Of a stretch of 64,000 bases of DNA, positions 8,087-16,682 are shown piece after piece. Below the pieces are notes generated by a model that saw only the letters and a program-made list of their open reading frames with translations, had not been told where the DNA came from and did no database searches. A program made the translations under genes and the position numbers. Source of the stretch: an uncultured Bacteroidia bacterium (GTDB lineage Bacteria > Bacteroidota > Bacteroidia > Bacteroidales > F082); the NCBI GenBank assembly GCA_902774295.1, contig CACYHP010000004.1:70489-134488 (forward strand), written 5' to 3'. Every line of letters begins with the position of its first letter. Position 1 is the first letter of the stretch.

Positions 8087-9478
8087 GTGTTAACAAAATT
8101 CCAGAACTACATTGAGTCAAACCACCTTATCAATAAAGGTGACCGCATCCTCGTCGCCCTGAGCGGCGGCGTCGACTCGATGGTTTTGGCGGAGTTACTT
8201 AGGCGGGGCGGCTATGACATAGCCTTTGCACACTGCAATTTCCATCTGCGTGGCAAAGAATCGGACGGCGATGAACAATTTGTCAGAGAATATGCCGAAA
8301 GGGTAGGAGTGAAACTCTTTGTACGCCAATTCGACACCTTGGAATACGTTGAAACACAAAAGGTCTCCGTTGAGATGGCCGCCCGCGAACTGCGCTACGC
8401 CTGGTTCAACGATTTGATTAACGCCAACGAACACATCAGTTCGACCGAATCGCATGTCCACCCTGTCATTTCGACCGAGCGCAGCGAGTGGAGAAATCTC
8501 CTCTTCGACAAGCTGGCTCTCGCTCATCACGCTGACGACCAAATCGAGACCTTCTTCATCAACCTTCTTCGTGGCTCCGGCATCAAAGGCTTGAAAGCGA
8601 TGCAGCCTCGTAACGGCATGTATATCAGACCTTTACTGTGGGCTTCACGTGAAGAAATCAAGAAGTTTGCAATTGAAAACAGCATCCAATGGCGCGAAGA
8701 CAGCACCAACAACGACACTGTCTATCTTCGCAATAAAATCCGTCATGAGCTGATGCCCGTTTTCGACTCGATTAAACCTGAAGCACGAGAAAAGATTCTT
8801 GAATCAGTCAATCACTTAGCCTCTGAAAATCAATTATATAGAGAACTTTTAAAAGAAAAGATATCTCAAATTGAAACCGTTGATGGCGTTTTGCACTCAA
8901 TTCCTAAACGTCATTTCGAGCGTAGCAAAGCGGAGTCGAGAAATCCTCTTGGTCTCCAACTCCTTTTTGAGTGGATTAGAAATTATGATTTCTCATATTC
9001 CCAATGCGAATCAATTTTCGCTGCTCTTGACGGAGAATCTGGCAAGGAATTTTATTCTGATGAGTATCAATTAGTTATCGAGAAAGAAACAATAGAAATT
9101 TTTCCTATTGATCCTGTACAAACAAGGCATAATTTATCCCAACGGGTGACAATACAACCAGTACGGACAAGGCATGCTTTGTCCCTGCTTATAACAGATA
9201 ATCCCAATATCGCCCAGCTTGATTACGATAAATTAAAACTGCCACTCCAAACCCGTTTTTGGCAACAAGGCGACCGCTTTCACCCTCTCGGGATGCGCGG
9301 CACAAAGCTCGTCTCCGATTTCTTTAACGATAATGATTTCACCACTTTTCAAAAGAAAAACACTCTGATTTTGACGGATAATGAAGGCGAAATCGTGTGG
9401 ATTGTCGGCTATCGCATCGACGATAGGTTTAAAATCACAGAAAAAACAAAAACCATTTATCAAATAGTTGCGGAATAA
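8087..9478 (+). CDS. tilS: tRNA(Ile)-lysidine synthetase, carrying several in-frame repeat insertions
   Basis: PP-loop SGGVDS, HCNFHLRG, AHHADDQIETF, C-terminal TilS domain. GTG start as in the ORF track. Confidence 0.85.
   Translation: MLTKFQNYIESNHLINKGDRILVALSGGVDSMVLAELLRRGGYDIAFAHCNFHLRGKESDGDEQFVREYAERVGVKLFVRQFDTLEYVETQKVSVEMAARELRYAWFNDLINANEHISSTESHVHPVISTERSEWRNLLFDKLALAHHADDQIETFFINLLRGSGIKGLKAMQPRNGMYIRPLLWASREEIKKFAIENSIQWREDSTNNDTVYLRNKIRHELMPVFDSIKPEAREKILESVNHLASENQLYRELLKEKISQIETVDGVLHSIPKRHFERSKAESRNPLGLQLLFEWIRNYDFSYSQCESIFAALDGESGKEFYSDEYQLVIEKETIEIFPIDPVQTRHNLSQRVTIQPVRTRHALSLLITDNPNIAQLDYDKLKLPLQTRFWQQGDRFHPLGMRGTKLVSDFFNDNDFTTFQKKNTLILTDNEGEIVWIVGYRIDDRFKITEKTKTIYQIVAE
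8437..8456 (+). repeat. Family A element, partial copy inside tilS
   Basis: CAGTTCGACCGAATCGCATG resembles the 5' half of the family A element. Confidence 0.45.
8465..8502 (+). repeat. Family A element, copy 3 (in-frame inside tilS)
   Basis: GTCATTTCGACCGAGCGCAGCGAGTGGAGAAATCTCC, translated as VISTERSEWRNL. Confidence 0.85.
8910..8947 (+). repeat. Family A element, copy 4 (in-frame inside tilS, different frame)
   Basis: GTCATTTCGAGCGTAGCAAAGCGGAGTCGAGAAATCC, translated as RHFERSKAESRNP. Confidence 0.8.
9116..9150 (+). repeat. Family C palindrome, degenerate copy plus CCCAACGG linker, inside tilS
   Basis: GTACAAACAAGGCATAATTTATCCCAACGGGTGAC, translated as VQTRHNLSQRV. Confidence 0.5.
9165..9184 (+). 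repeat. Family C 20-nt palindrome inside tilS
   Basis: GGACAAGGCATGCTTTGTCC (one G-T mismatch), translated within VRTRHALSLL. Confidence 0.75.
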
Positions 9479-9488
9479 GAATTTTTAT

Positions 9489-9496
9489 TATCTTTG
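9489..9496 (+). promoter_or_regulatory. -7 box (TATCTTTG) for the dsbD-like gene
   Basis: Matches TAnnTTTG about 54 nt upstream of 9550. Confidence 0.45.
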
Positions 9497-9549
9497 TAAC
9501 CCGAAATAAAACTTTAATCAATTTATAAATTATTGAAGAACAACGAGTT

Positions 9550-11592
9550 ATGAAGAAACTTACAATTATTTTAGTGGCGTTTTTCGCATTAATGATGCCT
9601 TTTGCGTCGGTTGCCCAGATTTATGATCCTGTGCAATGGAGCTTCTCGACGGAGTCGCTGGGAAATAACGAGTATAATGTTATTTTCAAGGCACAAATCG
9701 AAGCAGGATGGCACATTTATTCGCAAAATCTTAAGGGAGAAGGCCCAATCCCGACAACATTCCTGTTCGCAGAAGATTCAAAATATGAAAGAATAGGCGA
9801 GGTGACAGAGGGCGAGGCAATTGTCCATTATGACAATGCTTTCGGTATCGAATTGAATTATTTTGAGAAAGAGGCTATATTCACTCAGAAAGTGAAAGTG
9901 CTTGGAAAAGAACCGGTTGCAGTGAAAGGTGAGCTGGAATTCATGGTTTGCAACGATGGTATGTGCCTGCCTCCAACCCAAGTGGAGTTTGACATAAACC
10001 TCGATGGCGGAACTATAGCAAATGCTGAAGCTAAAGAAGGCGACAGCTTGCTTTCAATGATTCTTCAGGCAATTCTTTGGGGCTTGGCAGCATTGCTTAC
10101 TCCTTGCGTCTTCCCGATGATTCCTATGACAGTGTCGTTCTTCCTCCACGGAAGCGAGAATAAGGCTGCTGGTCGTTTCAAAGCCATTATGTACTTCGTA
10201 TTCATAGTGTTGCTTTACACTCTGCCAATCGCAGTCATCATCATGGTGACATGGCTCTTCGGCGGCGACAGCGTCACTGGCGATATCTTCAACTGGCTGT
10301 CAACACACTGGCTCCCGAATATCATCTTCTTCCTGGTGTTTATGGTGTTTGCTGCATCGTTCTTCGGAGCATTCGAAATCGTGCTTCCAAGCAGCCTTGT
10401 CAACAAATCTGATTCCAACTCTGAGAAGAAAGGTCTCGCTGGCGTGTTCTTCATGGCTCTGACGCTTGTTTTGGTGTCATTCGCCTGCACAGGTCCTATC
10501 GTCGGAACAGTACTCATCAAATCAACTTCAGGTGAGTTCTGGACCCCGATTCTCACCATGTTCTGCTATGCAGTGACATTTGCATTGCCGTTCGCACTCT
10601 TTGCGATGTTCCCGTCGATGCTGAAAAATCTGCCAAAGAGCGGTGGCTGGCTCAACACAGTGAAGGTCATCCTTGGTTTCATCGAGGTCGCTCTCGGCTT
10701 CAAGTTCTTGAGCGTCGCTGACCAGACATACCACTGGCATTTACTCGATCGTGAGGTCTATCTCGGCATCTGGATCGTGTGCTTCGCAATGCTTGGATTC
10801 TACCTTTTGGGCAAAATCAAGTTTAAAAACGACGACCCGGTCGAGCATATCAGTGTCGGCCGTTTGATATTGAGTATCATAACCTTTACATTCGTGGTTT
10901 ATATGATCCCTGGCATGTGGGGTGCACCTCTTAAGGCTCTCTCAGGCTATCTGCCGCCACAACAGACCCTCGATTTCGACCTCAAACGTATCAATCAGGA
11001 GAATGCTGACAAGGTTATCGAATATATCCAGCAGAATATGAAGGCTGCTCCTGCAGCTCAAGCCCAGCAAAATGTGGCTCAAACAAATACTGAGCTCTGC
11101 GAGTCACCACGTTTCAACGATATCTTCCATTTGCCTCACGGCTTGAAGGGATATTTCGACTATGAACAGGCTTTGGCATGCGCAAAGGCACAGAATAAGC
11201 CTCTTTACGTAGACTTCACCGGTCACGGATGCGTCAATTGCCGTGAGATGGAAGCTAACGTGTGGAGCGACCCGCGCGTCTTAAAGATGTTGCGTGAAGA
11301 TTATATCATCGTGGCGCTTTACGTCGACGACAAGACCAAGCTTCCTGAAGAAGAATGGGTCGTTGGCGGTGACGGCAAGATGAAGAAGACCATCGGTCGT
11401 AAATATGCCGACTTCCAAATCACCAAGTTCGGCACCAACGCCCAGCCATATTACTGCCTCATGGGTCACAATGGCGAGCTTCTCCACGAGCCACGCGCCT
11501 ACAACCTCGACAAAGACGGCTTCGTCCAGTTCCTCAAAGAGGGCCTCGAAAACTTCAAAAACGGGGTTTTGGTAAGAAACATTAACGAATAA
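9550..11592 (+). CDS. dsbD: Thiol:disulfide interchange protein, DsbD family
   Basis: Signal peptide, N-terminal DsbD-alpha-like domain, CcdA-like multi-TM core (LTPCVFPMIP), C-terminal thioredoxin fold with GCVNC. Confidence 0.8.
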   Translation: MKKLTIILVAFFALMMPFASVAQIYDPVQWSFSTESLGNNEYNVIFKAQIEAGWHIYSQNLKGEGPIPTTFLFAEDSKYERIGEVTEGEAIVHYDNAFGIELNYFEKEAIFTQKVKVLGKEPVAVKGELEFMVCNDGMCLPPTQVEFDINLDGGTIANAEAKEGDSLLSMILQAILWGLAALLTPCVFPMIPMTVSFFLHGSENKAAGRFKAIMYFVFIVLLYTLPIAVIIMVTWLFGGDSVTGDIFNWLSTHWLPNIIFFLVFMVFAASFFGAFEIVLPSSLVNKSDSNSEKKGLAGVFFMALTLVLVSFACTGPIVGTVLIKSTSGEFWTPILTMFCYAVTFALPFALFAMFPSMLKNLPKSGGWLNTVKVILGFIEVALGFKFLSVADQTYHWHLLDREVYLGIWIVCFAMLGFYLLGKIKFKNDDPVEHISVGRLILSIITFTFVVYMIPGMWGAPLKALSGYLPPQQTLDFDLKRINQENADKVIEYIQQNMKAAPAAQAQQNVAQTNTELCESPRFNDIFHLPHGLKGYFDYEQALACAKAQNKPLYVDFTGHGCVNCREMEANVWSDPRVLKMLREDYIIVALYVDDKTKLPEEEWVVGGDGKMKKTIGRKYADFQITKFGTNAQPYYCLMGHNGELLHEPRAYNLDKDGFVQFLKEGLENFKNGVLVRNINE

Positions 11593-11615
11593 AGTTAAAA
11601 ATAGATAAAAACAAT

Positions 11616-11644
11616 GTAGAGACGTCATAATATGGCGTCTCTAC
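11616..11644. terminator. Family B hairpin terminator between convergent genes
   Basis: GTAGAGACGTCA-taata-TGGCGTCTCTAC followed by TTTTTT. Confidence 0.7.
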
Positions 11645-11650
11645 TTTTTT

Positions 11651-11679
11651 AATCTGTGCTAATCTGTGTAATCTGTGAG
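11651..11679. repeat. Tandem AATCTGTG(nn) x3
   Basis: AATCTGTGCT AATCTGTGT AATCTGTGAG. The 12-mer AATCTGTGTAAT also follows the family B hairpin at 3412-3423. Confidence 0.8.
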
Positions 11680-11680
11680 A

Positions 11681-13045
11681 TTATTTCCCTGCGTAATGCT
11701 GATAGAACTGCACAATAGTCTCAATTCCCTTGAAGAAATGGTCGAGTCTGTAGTTTTCGTTCGGTGAGTGGATGGCGTCCTCGCCCAAACCGAATCCCAT
11801 CAGGATAGACTTTATTCCCAACACTTTCTCGAAACGAGCGATAATCGGGATACTTCCGCCGCTTCTCATCGGGATAGGCAACTTGCCGTAGGTGTCGAAA
11901 TATGCCTGCTCAGCAGCTTTGTATGCCGGAAGCTCGATAGGGCAGCCGTAAGCCTCGCCACCATGTAATGTGGTAACCTTAACTGTCACATAATCAGGAG
12001 CTATGCTCTCAAAATATTCTTTGAACAGCTTGCCAATCTTCTCGTGGTCTTGGTTAGGAACTAAACGGCACGAAATCTTGGCGTAAGCCTTCGACGGAAG
12101 CACTGTCTTCGAGCCTTCGCCTGTGTAACCGCCCCAGATTCCGCATAAATCGAAGGTCGGACGGATACCGACGCGCTCAATCTTGGTGTATCCTTTTTCG
12201 CCGCGTAATGCCTTCACACCTAATGCTTTCTTGAATTCTTCCTCGTTATATGGTGCCATATTGAGCATCTCGCGTTCTTTAGCTGATGACTCCACGACAT
12301 CGTCATAGAAATGAGGAATGGTGATGTGGTTGTTCTCGTCCATCACACCTGCCACCATCTCGCATAGTGTGTTGATAGGGTTGGCGACAGCGCCGCCGAA
12401 CAGTCCTGAATGCAAGTCGGCGTTAGGACCAGTCACTTCCACTTCCCAGTATGCCAAACCACGCAAACCCGTTGTGATAGAAGGTGTATCGTGTGATATC
12501 ATGCTGGTGTCAGATACCAAGATGACATCGGCTTTTACGAGGTCTTTGTACTCCTCAATCCACTTTGAGAGGCTGCCAGAACCTATTTCTTCCTCACCTT
12601 CGAGCATGAATTTCACGTTGCAAGGGAGGGTTCCGGTCTGCATCATTGTCTCAAATGCCTTGGCATGCATGAAAGCCTGACCTTTGTCGTCGTCAGCACC
12701 GCGAGCCCATATCTTACCGTCTTTGATGACTGGCTCAAACGGGTCGGTGTGCCACAGCTCGATAGGATCAACAGGCATCACGTCGTAATGACCGTATACC
12801 AACACTGTTGGCAATTTAGGGTCGATGATTTTCTCGCCGTAAACGATAGGGTTGCCCTCTGTCGGCATCACCTCTGCCTTGTCGGCGCCAGCCTTCAGGA
12901 TGCTGTCTCTCCAATATTCCGCAGCCTTAATCATATCCGGCTTATGTGCTGATTCCGAGCTAATAGACGGAATTCTAATCAGTCCGAACAACTCGTCCAA
13001 AAAACGCTGTTCGTTTTCCTTAATGTAACTTTGTATTTTATTCAT
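11681..13045 (-). CDS. M20-family dipeptidase (ArgE/DapE/PepV-like)
   Basis: FLDELFGLIRIPSISS, HYDVMP, GADDDKGQ, EGEEEIGS motifs. Start set at MNKIQSY (ATG at 13043-13045); the longer ORF to 13120 reads through a family A repeat. Confidence 0.8.
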   Translation of the reverse strand: MNKIQSYIKENEQRFLDELFGLIRIPSISSESAHKPDMIKAAEYWRDSILKAGADKAEVMPTEGNPIVYGEKIIDPKLPTVLVYGHYDVMPVDPIELWHTDPFEPVIKDGKIWARGADDDKGQAFMHAKAFETMMQTGTLPCNVKFMLEGEEEIGSGSLSKWIEEYKDLVKADVILVSDTSMISHDTPSITTGLRGLAYWEVEVTGPNADLHSGLFGGAVANPINTLCEMVAGVMDENNHITIPHFYDDVVESSAKEREMLNMAPYNEEEFKKALGVKALRGEKGYTKIERVGIRPTFDLCGIWGGYTGEGSKTVLPSKAYAKISCRLVPNQDHEKIGKLFKEYFESIAPDYVTVKVTTLHGGEAYGCPIELPAYKAAEQAYFDTYGKLPIPMRSGGSIPIIARFEKVLGIKSILMGFGLGEDAIHSPNENYRLDHFFKGIETIVQFYQHYAGK

Positions 13046-13076
13046 ATTATTTAATTTTAAATTGTTCATTTTTGTT

Positions 13077-13115
13077 GTCATTTCGAGTGTAGCGAAGCGA
13101 AATCGAGAAATCTCC
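13077..13115 (+). repeat. Family A element, copy 5
   Basis: GTCATTTCGAGTGTAGCGAAGCGAAATCGAGAAATCTCC. It forms an inverted pair with copy 6. Confidence 0.85.
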
Positions 13116-13131
13116 TTCAATTAATCAGTTT

Positions 13132-13923
13132 CTATTTTGCAGGAGATTTCTCCACTGCGCTCCATTTCATTTCGCTTCGGTCGAAATGACGGAGGGACAT
13201 CGTCTCACCGTCGAACTCCGCGTATGTGTAATCCCAGATCCAGTTTCCAACCACCGTTGTCACTGCGTGCTCGCCGGTTTTGTACTGCATCGGCTTGTGC
13301 TGGTGTCCGAACACAAAGAAATCTATTGTAGGGTCTTTCTGCGCCTCGGCCATCGCGTATTTGTACAGCCGTGTGTTCTCGACGTCTTTATAGAAATTGC
13401 CTTCCGACTCTTTTTTAAGCTTTTTGACTCTATGATTATGAGACCATTTCAACGCTACTCTTATTCCAAAATCAGGGTGAATATGACGGAAACACCATTG
13501 TAAGAACCTGTTTTCGAACACGCTCTTCAGGAATTTGTAGCCACCGTCGCCTTCACCACGACCGTCGCCGTGAACCAAAAAGAATTTCTTGCCCTTTAGC
13601 ACCATTATTTCTGGATCTCTATGCACCTGAATGCCAATCTCTTCCTGCAGATACGAGAATGTCCAGAGGTCGTGGTTGCCAGCAAAGAGATGCACTGGGA
13701 TGCCGCTGTCGATAAACTCGGCGAGCTTTCCAAGCAACCTTACATGACCTTTCGGAATCACCGTTTTGTACTCGTACCAGAAATCGAACAAGTCGCCCAT
13801 AAGGAAGAGCTCCTCGCAGTTTTTTTTGATGGAGTCAAGAAACTCGAGAAGCATTTTCTCCCGTCGCTGGCTGTCTTCGAGGGTCGGTACACCGAGGTGG
13901 AAATCTGTTGCAAAGTAAATCAT
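13132..13923 (-). CDS. lpxH: UDP-2,3-diacylglucosamine diphosphatase with a repeat-derived C-terminal tail
   Basis: Calcineurin-like metallophosphoesterase motifs (DFHLG, GDLFDFW, GNHD). It lies beside lpxK. The tail RHFDRSEMKWSAVEKSPAK is encoded by family A copy 6. Confidence 0.8.
   Translation of the reverse strand: MIYFATDFHLGVPTLEDSQRREKMLLEFLDSIKKNCEELFLMGDLFDFWYEYKTVIPKGHVRLLGKLAEFIDSGIPVHLFAGNHDLWTFSYLQEEIGIQVHRDPEIMVLKGKKFFLVHGDGRGEGDGGYKFLKSVFENRFLQWCFRHIHPDFGIRVALKWSHNHRVKKLKKESEGNFYKDVENTRLYKYAMAEAQKDPTIDFFVFGHQHKPMQYKTGEHAVTTVVGNWIWDYTYAEFDGETMSLRHFDRSEMKWSAVEKSPAK
13142..13190 (-). repeat. Family A element, copy 6 (longer variant, inside the lpxH 3' end)
   Basis: The reverse complement reads GTCATTTCGACCGAAGCGAAATGAAATGGAGCGCAGTGGAGAAATCTCC. 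Confidence 0.85.
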
Positions 13924-14750
13924 CAGAGTTGAATCTCGTCAAGGCGTTTAAACATCTCTTGTATAATTGCTGTCATCTTCGGTTCTGCCACATTAGCTGC
14001 GTTGAGCACCTCTTCGTGTGTGACTTCAACAGGTATCTCCTGTCCGCCAAGGTCTGTTATAACTGACACGGCAAAAACTGTAAGTCCGCAATGGCGTGCC
14101 ACTATGACCTCAGGCACCGTTGACATTCCCACGCAGTCGCCACCTATTATGCGATAGTAACGATATTCGGCAGGCGTCTCATACGAAGGACCTGAATCTG
14201 CAACGTAAACGCCGTGCTGAATATGTATATCCAACTTCTTAGCGACATCGTCGGCCAAAACAATCAATCTGTGGTCGTATGCGTCGCTCATGTCTGGGAA
14301 ACGTGTGCCTATGCGCTCGTCATTGTTGCCGATGAGCGGGTTAGGCAACAGGTTGATATGATCTGTGATGAACATAATATCGCTTACACGGAAACTCGGG
14401 TTGATGCCGCCGCTGGCGTTTGAAAGCACTAACAGCTTGGCTCCCAAATATTTAATAACTCTAATAGGGAAGGTGATAAGTGAGGTGCTGTATCCTTCAT
14501 AATAATGGAAACGGCCCTGCATGGCAACCACCTTGCGTCCACTAATAGTACCGAAAACCAGCTGTCCTTTATGGCCTTTCACTGTCGATATCGGGAAATT
14601 CGGAACTTCTGCAAACGGTATTGTATATTGAACATCCATTACATTAACCAATCCGCCCAAACCCGAACCTAAAACTATACCAATCTCCGGCTTAAAACCA
14701 TCAGTCTTAGATTTGATAAAATCTACTGTCTCAAGAATTTTTTCAAACAT
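13923..14750 (-). CDS. Purine nucleoside phosphorylase (PNP family, inosine/guanosine type)
   Basis: GSGLG, RFHYYEGY, VGMSTVPE motifs. Confidence 0.85.
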   Translation of the reverse strand: MFEKILETVDFIKSKTDGFKPEIGIVLGSGLGGLVNVMDVQYTIPFAEVPNFPISTVKGHKGQLVFGTISGRKVVAMQGRFHYYEGYSTSLITFPIRVIKYLGAKLLVLSNASGGINPSFRVSDIMFITDHINLLPNPLIGNNDERIGTRFPDMSDAYDHRLIVLADDVAKKLDIHIQHGVYVADSGPSYETPAEYRYYRIIGGDCVGMSTVPEVIVARHCGLTVFAVSVITDLGGQEIPVEVTHEEVLNAANVAEPKMTAIIQEMFKRLDEIQL

Positions 14751-15780
14751 AGTTCAAAATCAAATTGTTAAATATATCCTCTTCTATCTCGTCATTGAAA
14801 TGTACCTCGATCGGAATGGTGAATAGCGGCACATTCTCAAACCTGTTGATAAACGAAGAGTTTGTTAATCGCATTAAATCTTTTTCAGTCGTTACAATGA
14901 TTTTATTTTTGCCAATCACACTGTCGTAACCATCCAAAATAATATCAATATCATTGTCATTAAAATGATGATGGTCGTCGAAATATTTGGTAATCAATGT
15001 GTTGTATTTTCTCTTTAAATAATCTTCAAGTGGATATGGATTGGCTATGCCACAAAACAGATAAACCGATTTCATGTCCTGCAATACCGTCTCTTTTGCA
15101 GTATTGTTGACTGGCTTAAGTCCTTGAAAATCAATATAAGTGAAGAAAACTTTCTGATATGGTTTTGCATCGATTAGTTGTACCACATCGCGTTTGTCGT
15201 ATGGCAAAAGCACCCTCGGCGATTTCGTAACTATAATAATATCAGCACGTTTAGCGGCGCATTTTAAGTCACGAAGCTTTCCTGCCGGGATGAGCATATC
15301 TTTTTTGTAAATATTGTAATACTCGGTAAGAAGTACGTTGATTCCCGGTTTTATTTTTCTATGCTGATAAGCGTCATCGAGAAGTATGACATCCGGAGCC
15401 TTTTCCTGACGCATTAGACGATAAACGCCTTCGCATCTGTCTTCGTCGACAGCCACTGTTATATTGTTGAATTTCAATCTGTATTGTAGTGGTTCATCGC
15501 CAATTTGCTCTGCCGTAGAGTCTTCGTTCGCAAGGATGAAACCTTCTGTTTTTCTGCCGTAGCCTCTGCTTAATACAGCCACATTCGCTTTGTCCTTCAA
15601 AAGCCTGATAAGATATTCAGTATGAGGCGTTTTGCCAGTTCCGCCGAGCGCAAGATTTCCGATGCAGATTGTAGGAACACTGAAACTTTTCGATTTCAAT
15701 ATCCCACTGTCATATAGCCAATGGCGAATGTACAAAACAATCGCATATAGCCATGATAATGGTGCTAATAATCTGTTCAT
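14743..15780 (-). CDS. lpxK: Tetraacyldisaccharide 4'-kinase
   Basis: P-loop GNLALGGTGKTP, SRGYGRK, DDAYQH motifs. Confidence 0.85.
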   Translation of the reverse strand: MNRLLAPLSWLYAIVLYIRHWLYDSGILKSKSFSVPTICIGNLALGGTGKTPHTEYLIRLLKDKANVAVLSRGYGRKTEGFILANEDSTAEQIGDEPLQYRLKFNNITVAVDEDRCEGVYRLMRQEKAPDVILLDDAYQHRKIKPGINVLLTEYYNIYKKDMLIPAGKLRDLKCAAKRADIIIVTKSPRVLLPYDKRDVVQLIDAKPYQKVFFTYIDFQGLKPVNNTAKETVLQDMKSVYLFCGIANPYPLEDYLKRKYNTLITKYFDDHHHFNDNDIDIILDGYDSVIGKNKIIVTTEKDLMRLTNSSFINRFENVPLFTIPIEVHFNDEIEEDIFNNLILNYV

Positions 15781-15817
15781 CGGTCAATTTTAAATACAAA
15801 CGTACAAATATACAAAT

Positions 15818-15825
15818 TATTTTTG
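15818..15825 (+). promoter_or_regulatory. -7 box (TATTTTTG) for the Nif3-like gene
   Basis: Matches TAnnTTTG 45 nt upstream of the ATG at 15870. The opposite strand carries TACGTTTG/TATATTTG boxes (15797-15812) for lpxK. Confidence 0.4.
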
Positions 15826-15869
15826 ATTCGTGCATCATTATTTTTATTATTTTAGCGAAAATTTTTGAA

Positions 15870-16664
15870 ATGAATAAAGTTAGTGAAATAGTCGGATGTA
15901 TTACTGATATCGCACCTCTCAAATGGCAGGAGTCATGGGATAATGCCGGACTTCTTGTCGGTGATGCTAATATGCTGATAGACAAGGCTTTAATAACTCT
16001 TGACGTGACCGAAGCAGTTATTGACGAGGCGATAGAAAAAGGTTTTCATCTTGTGATTAGCCATCATCCGCTGATTTATCGTCCGCTGAAGCATATTTTG
16101 CCTGAAAATACGATCGAAAGAACGATTATCAAGGCGATAAAACACGACATCGCAATCGCTTGCATGCACACTAATCTCGACAACAGCTATCTCGGTGTTA
16201 GTAAATGGCTTGCAGATAAAATCGGGCTGAAAAATCTTGAGATTTTGGAGCCGATTAAGACCGATGACGACGTGTTGACCGGCGGAGGCATGGTGGGGGA
16301 GTTGGATAATGCCCTCGATGAGACCGCATTTTTGACTCTCGTGAAAAAAAATCTTAACGCAAAAGCTCTTCGCCATTCCGATTTTTTAGGTAAAAAAATT
16401 AAAAAAGTGGCGGTCTGCGGCGGCTCCGGCTTTTTCTTGCTTGATAACGTAAAGCATTGTAACGCAGACGCTTATATCACTGGCGACGTGAAATATCACG
16501 ACTTTTTCGAGGCCGATGGCAAACTCCTTCTCGTCGATGCGGGACATTATGAAACAGAACAATTTACAAAAGAATTAATTGCTGATGCTATTATTAAAAA
16601 ATTTTGTAACTTTGCAGTTTCAATTTCGAACGTTAAAACTAACTCGATAAACTATTTTGTATAA
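15870..16664 (+). CDS. Nif3-like dinuclear metal centre protein (GTP cyclohydrolase I type 2 homologue)
   Basis: WDNAGLLVGD, ISHHPLI, HTNLD, GHYETE motifs. Start moved to MNKVSEI to remove the overlap with lpxK. Confidence 0.8.
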   Translation: MNKVSEIVGCITDIAPLKWQESWDNAGLLVGDANMLIDKALITLDVTEAVIDEAIEKGFHLVISHHPLIYRPLKHILPENTIERTIIKAIKHDIAIACMHTNLDNSYLGVSKWLADKIGLKNLEILEPIKTDDDVLTGGGMVGELDNALDETAFLTLVKKNLNAKALRHSDFLGKKIKKVAVCGGSGFFLLDNVKHCNADAYITGDVKYHDFFEADGKLLLVDAGHYETEQFTKELIADAIIKKFCNFAVSISNVKTNSINYFV

Positions 16665-16682
16665 ATATTAAATTTAACATAA

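Noticed and set aside
13046-13120. N-terminal extension of the M20 dipeptidase ORF (MKEISRFRFATLEMTTKMNNLKLNN).
   Set aside because: It is encoded by a family A repeat that happens to be open in this frame. The conserved dipeptidase N-terminus starts at MNKIQSY.
15753-15869. 39-codon extension of the Nif3-like ORF that overlaps lpxK.
   Set aside because: It is an AT-rich promoter region translated into Ile/Phe-rich nonsense. The conserved Nif3 start is MNKVSEIV.
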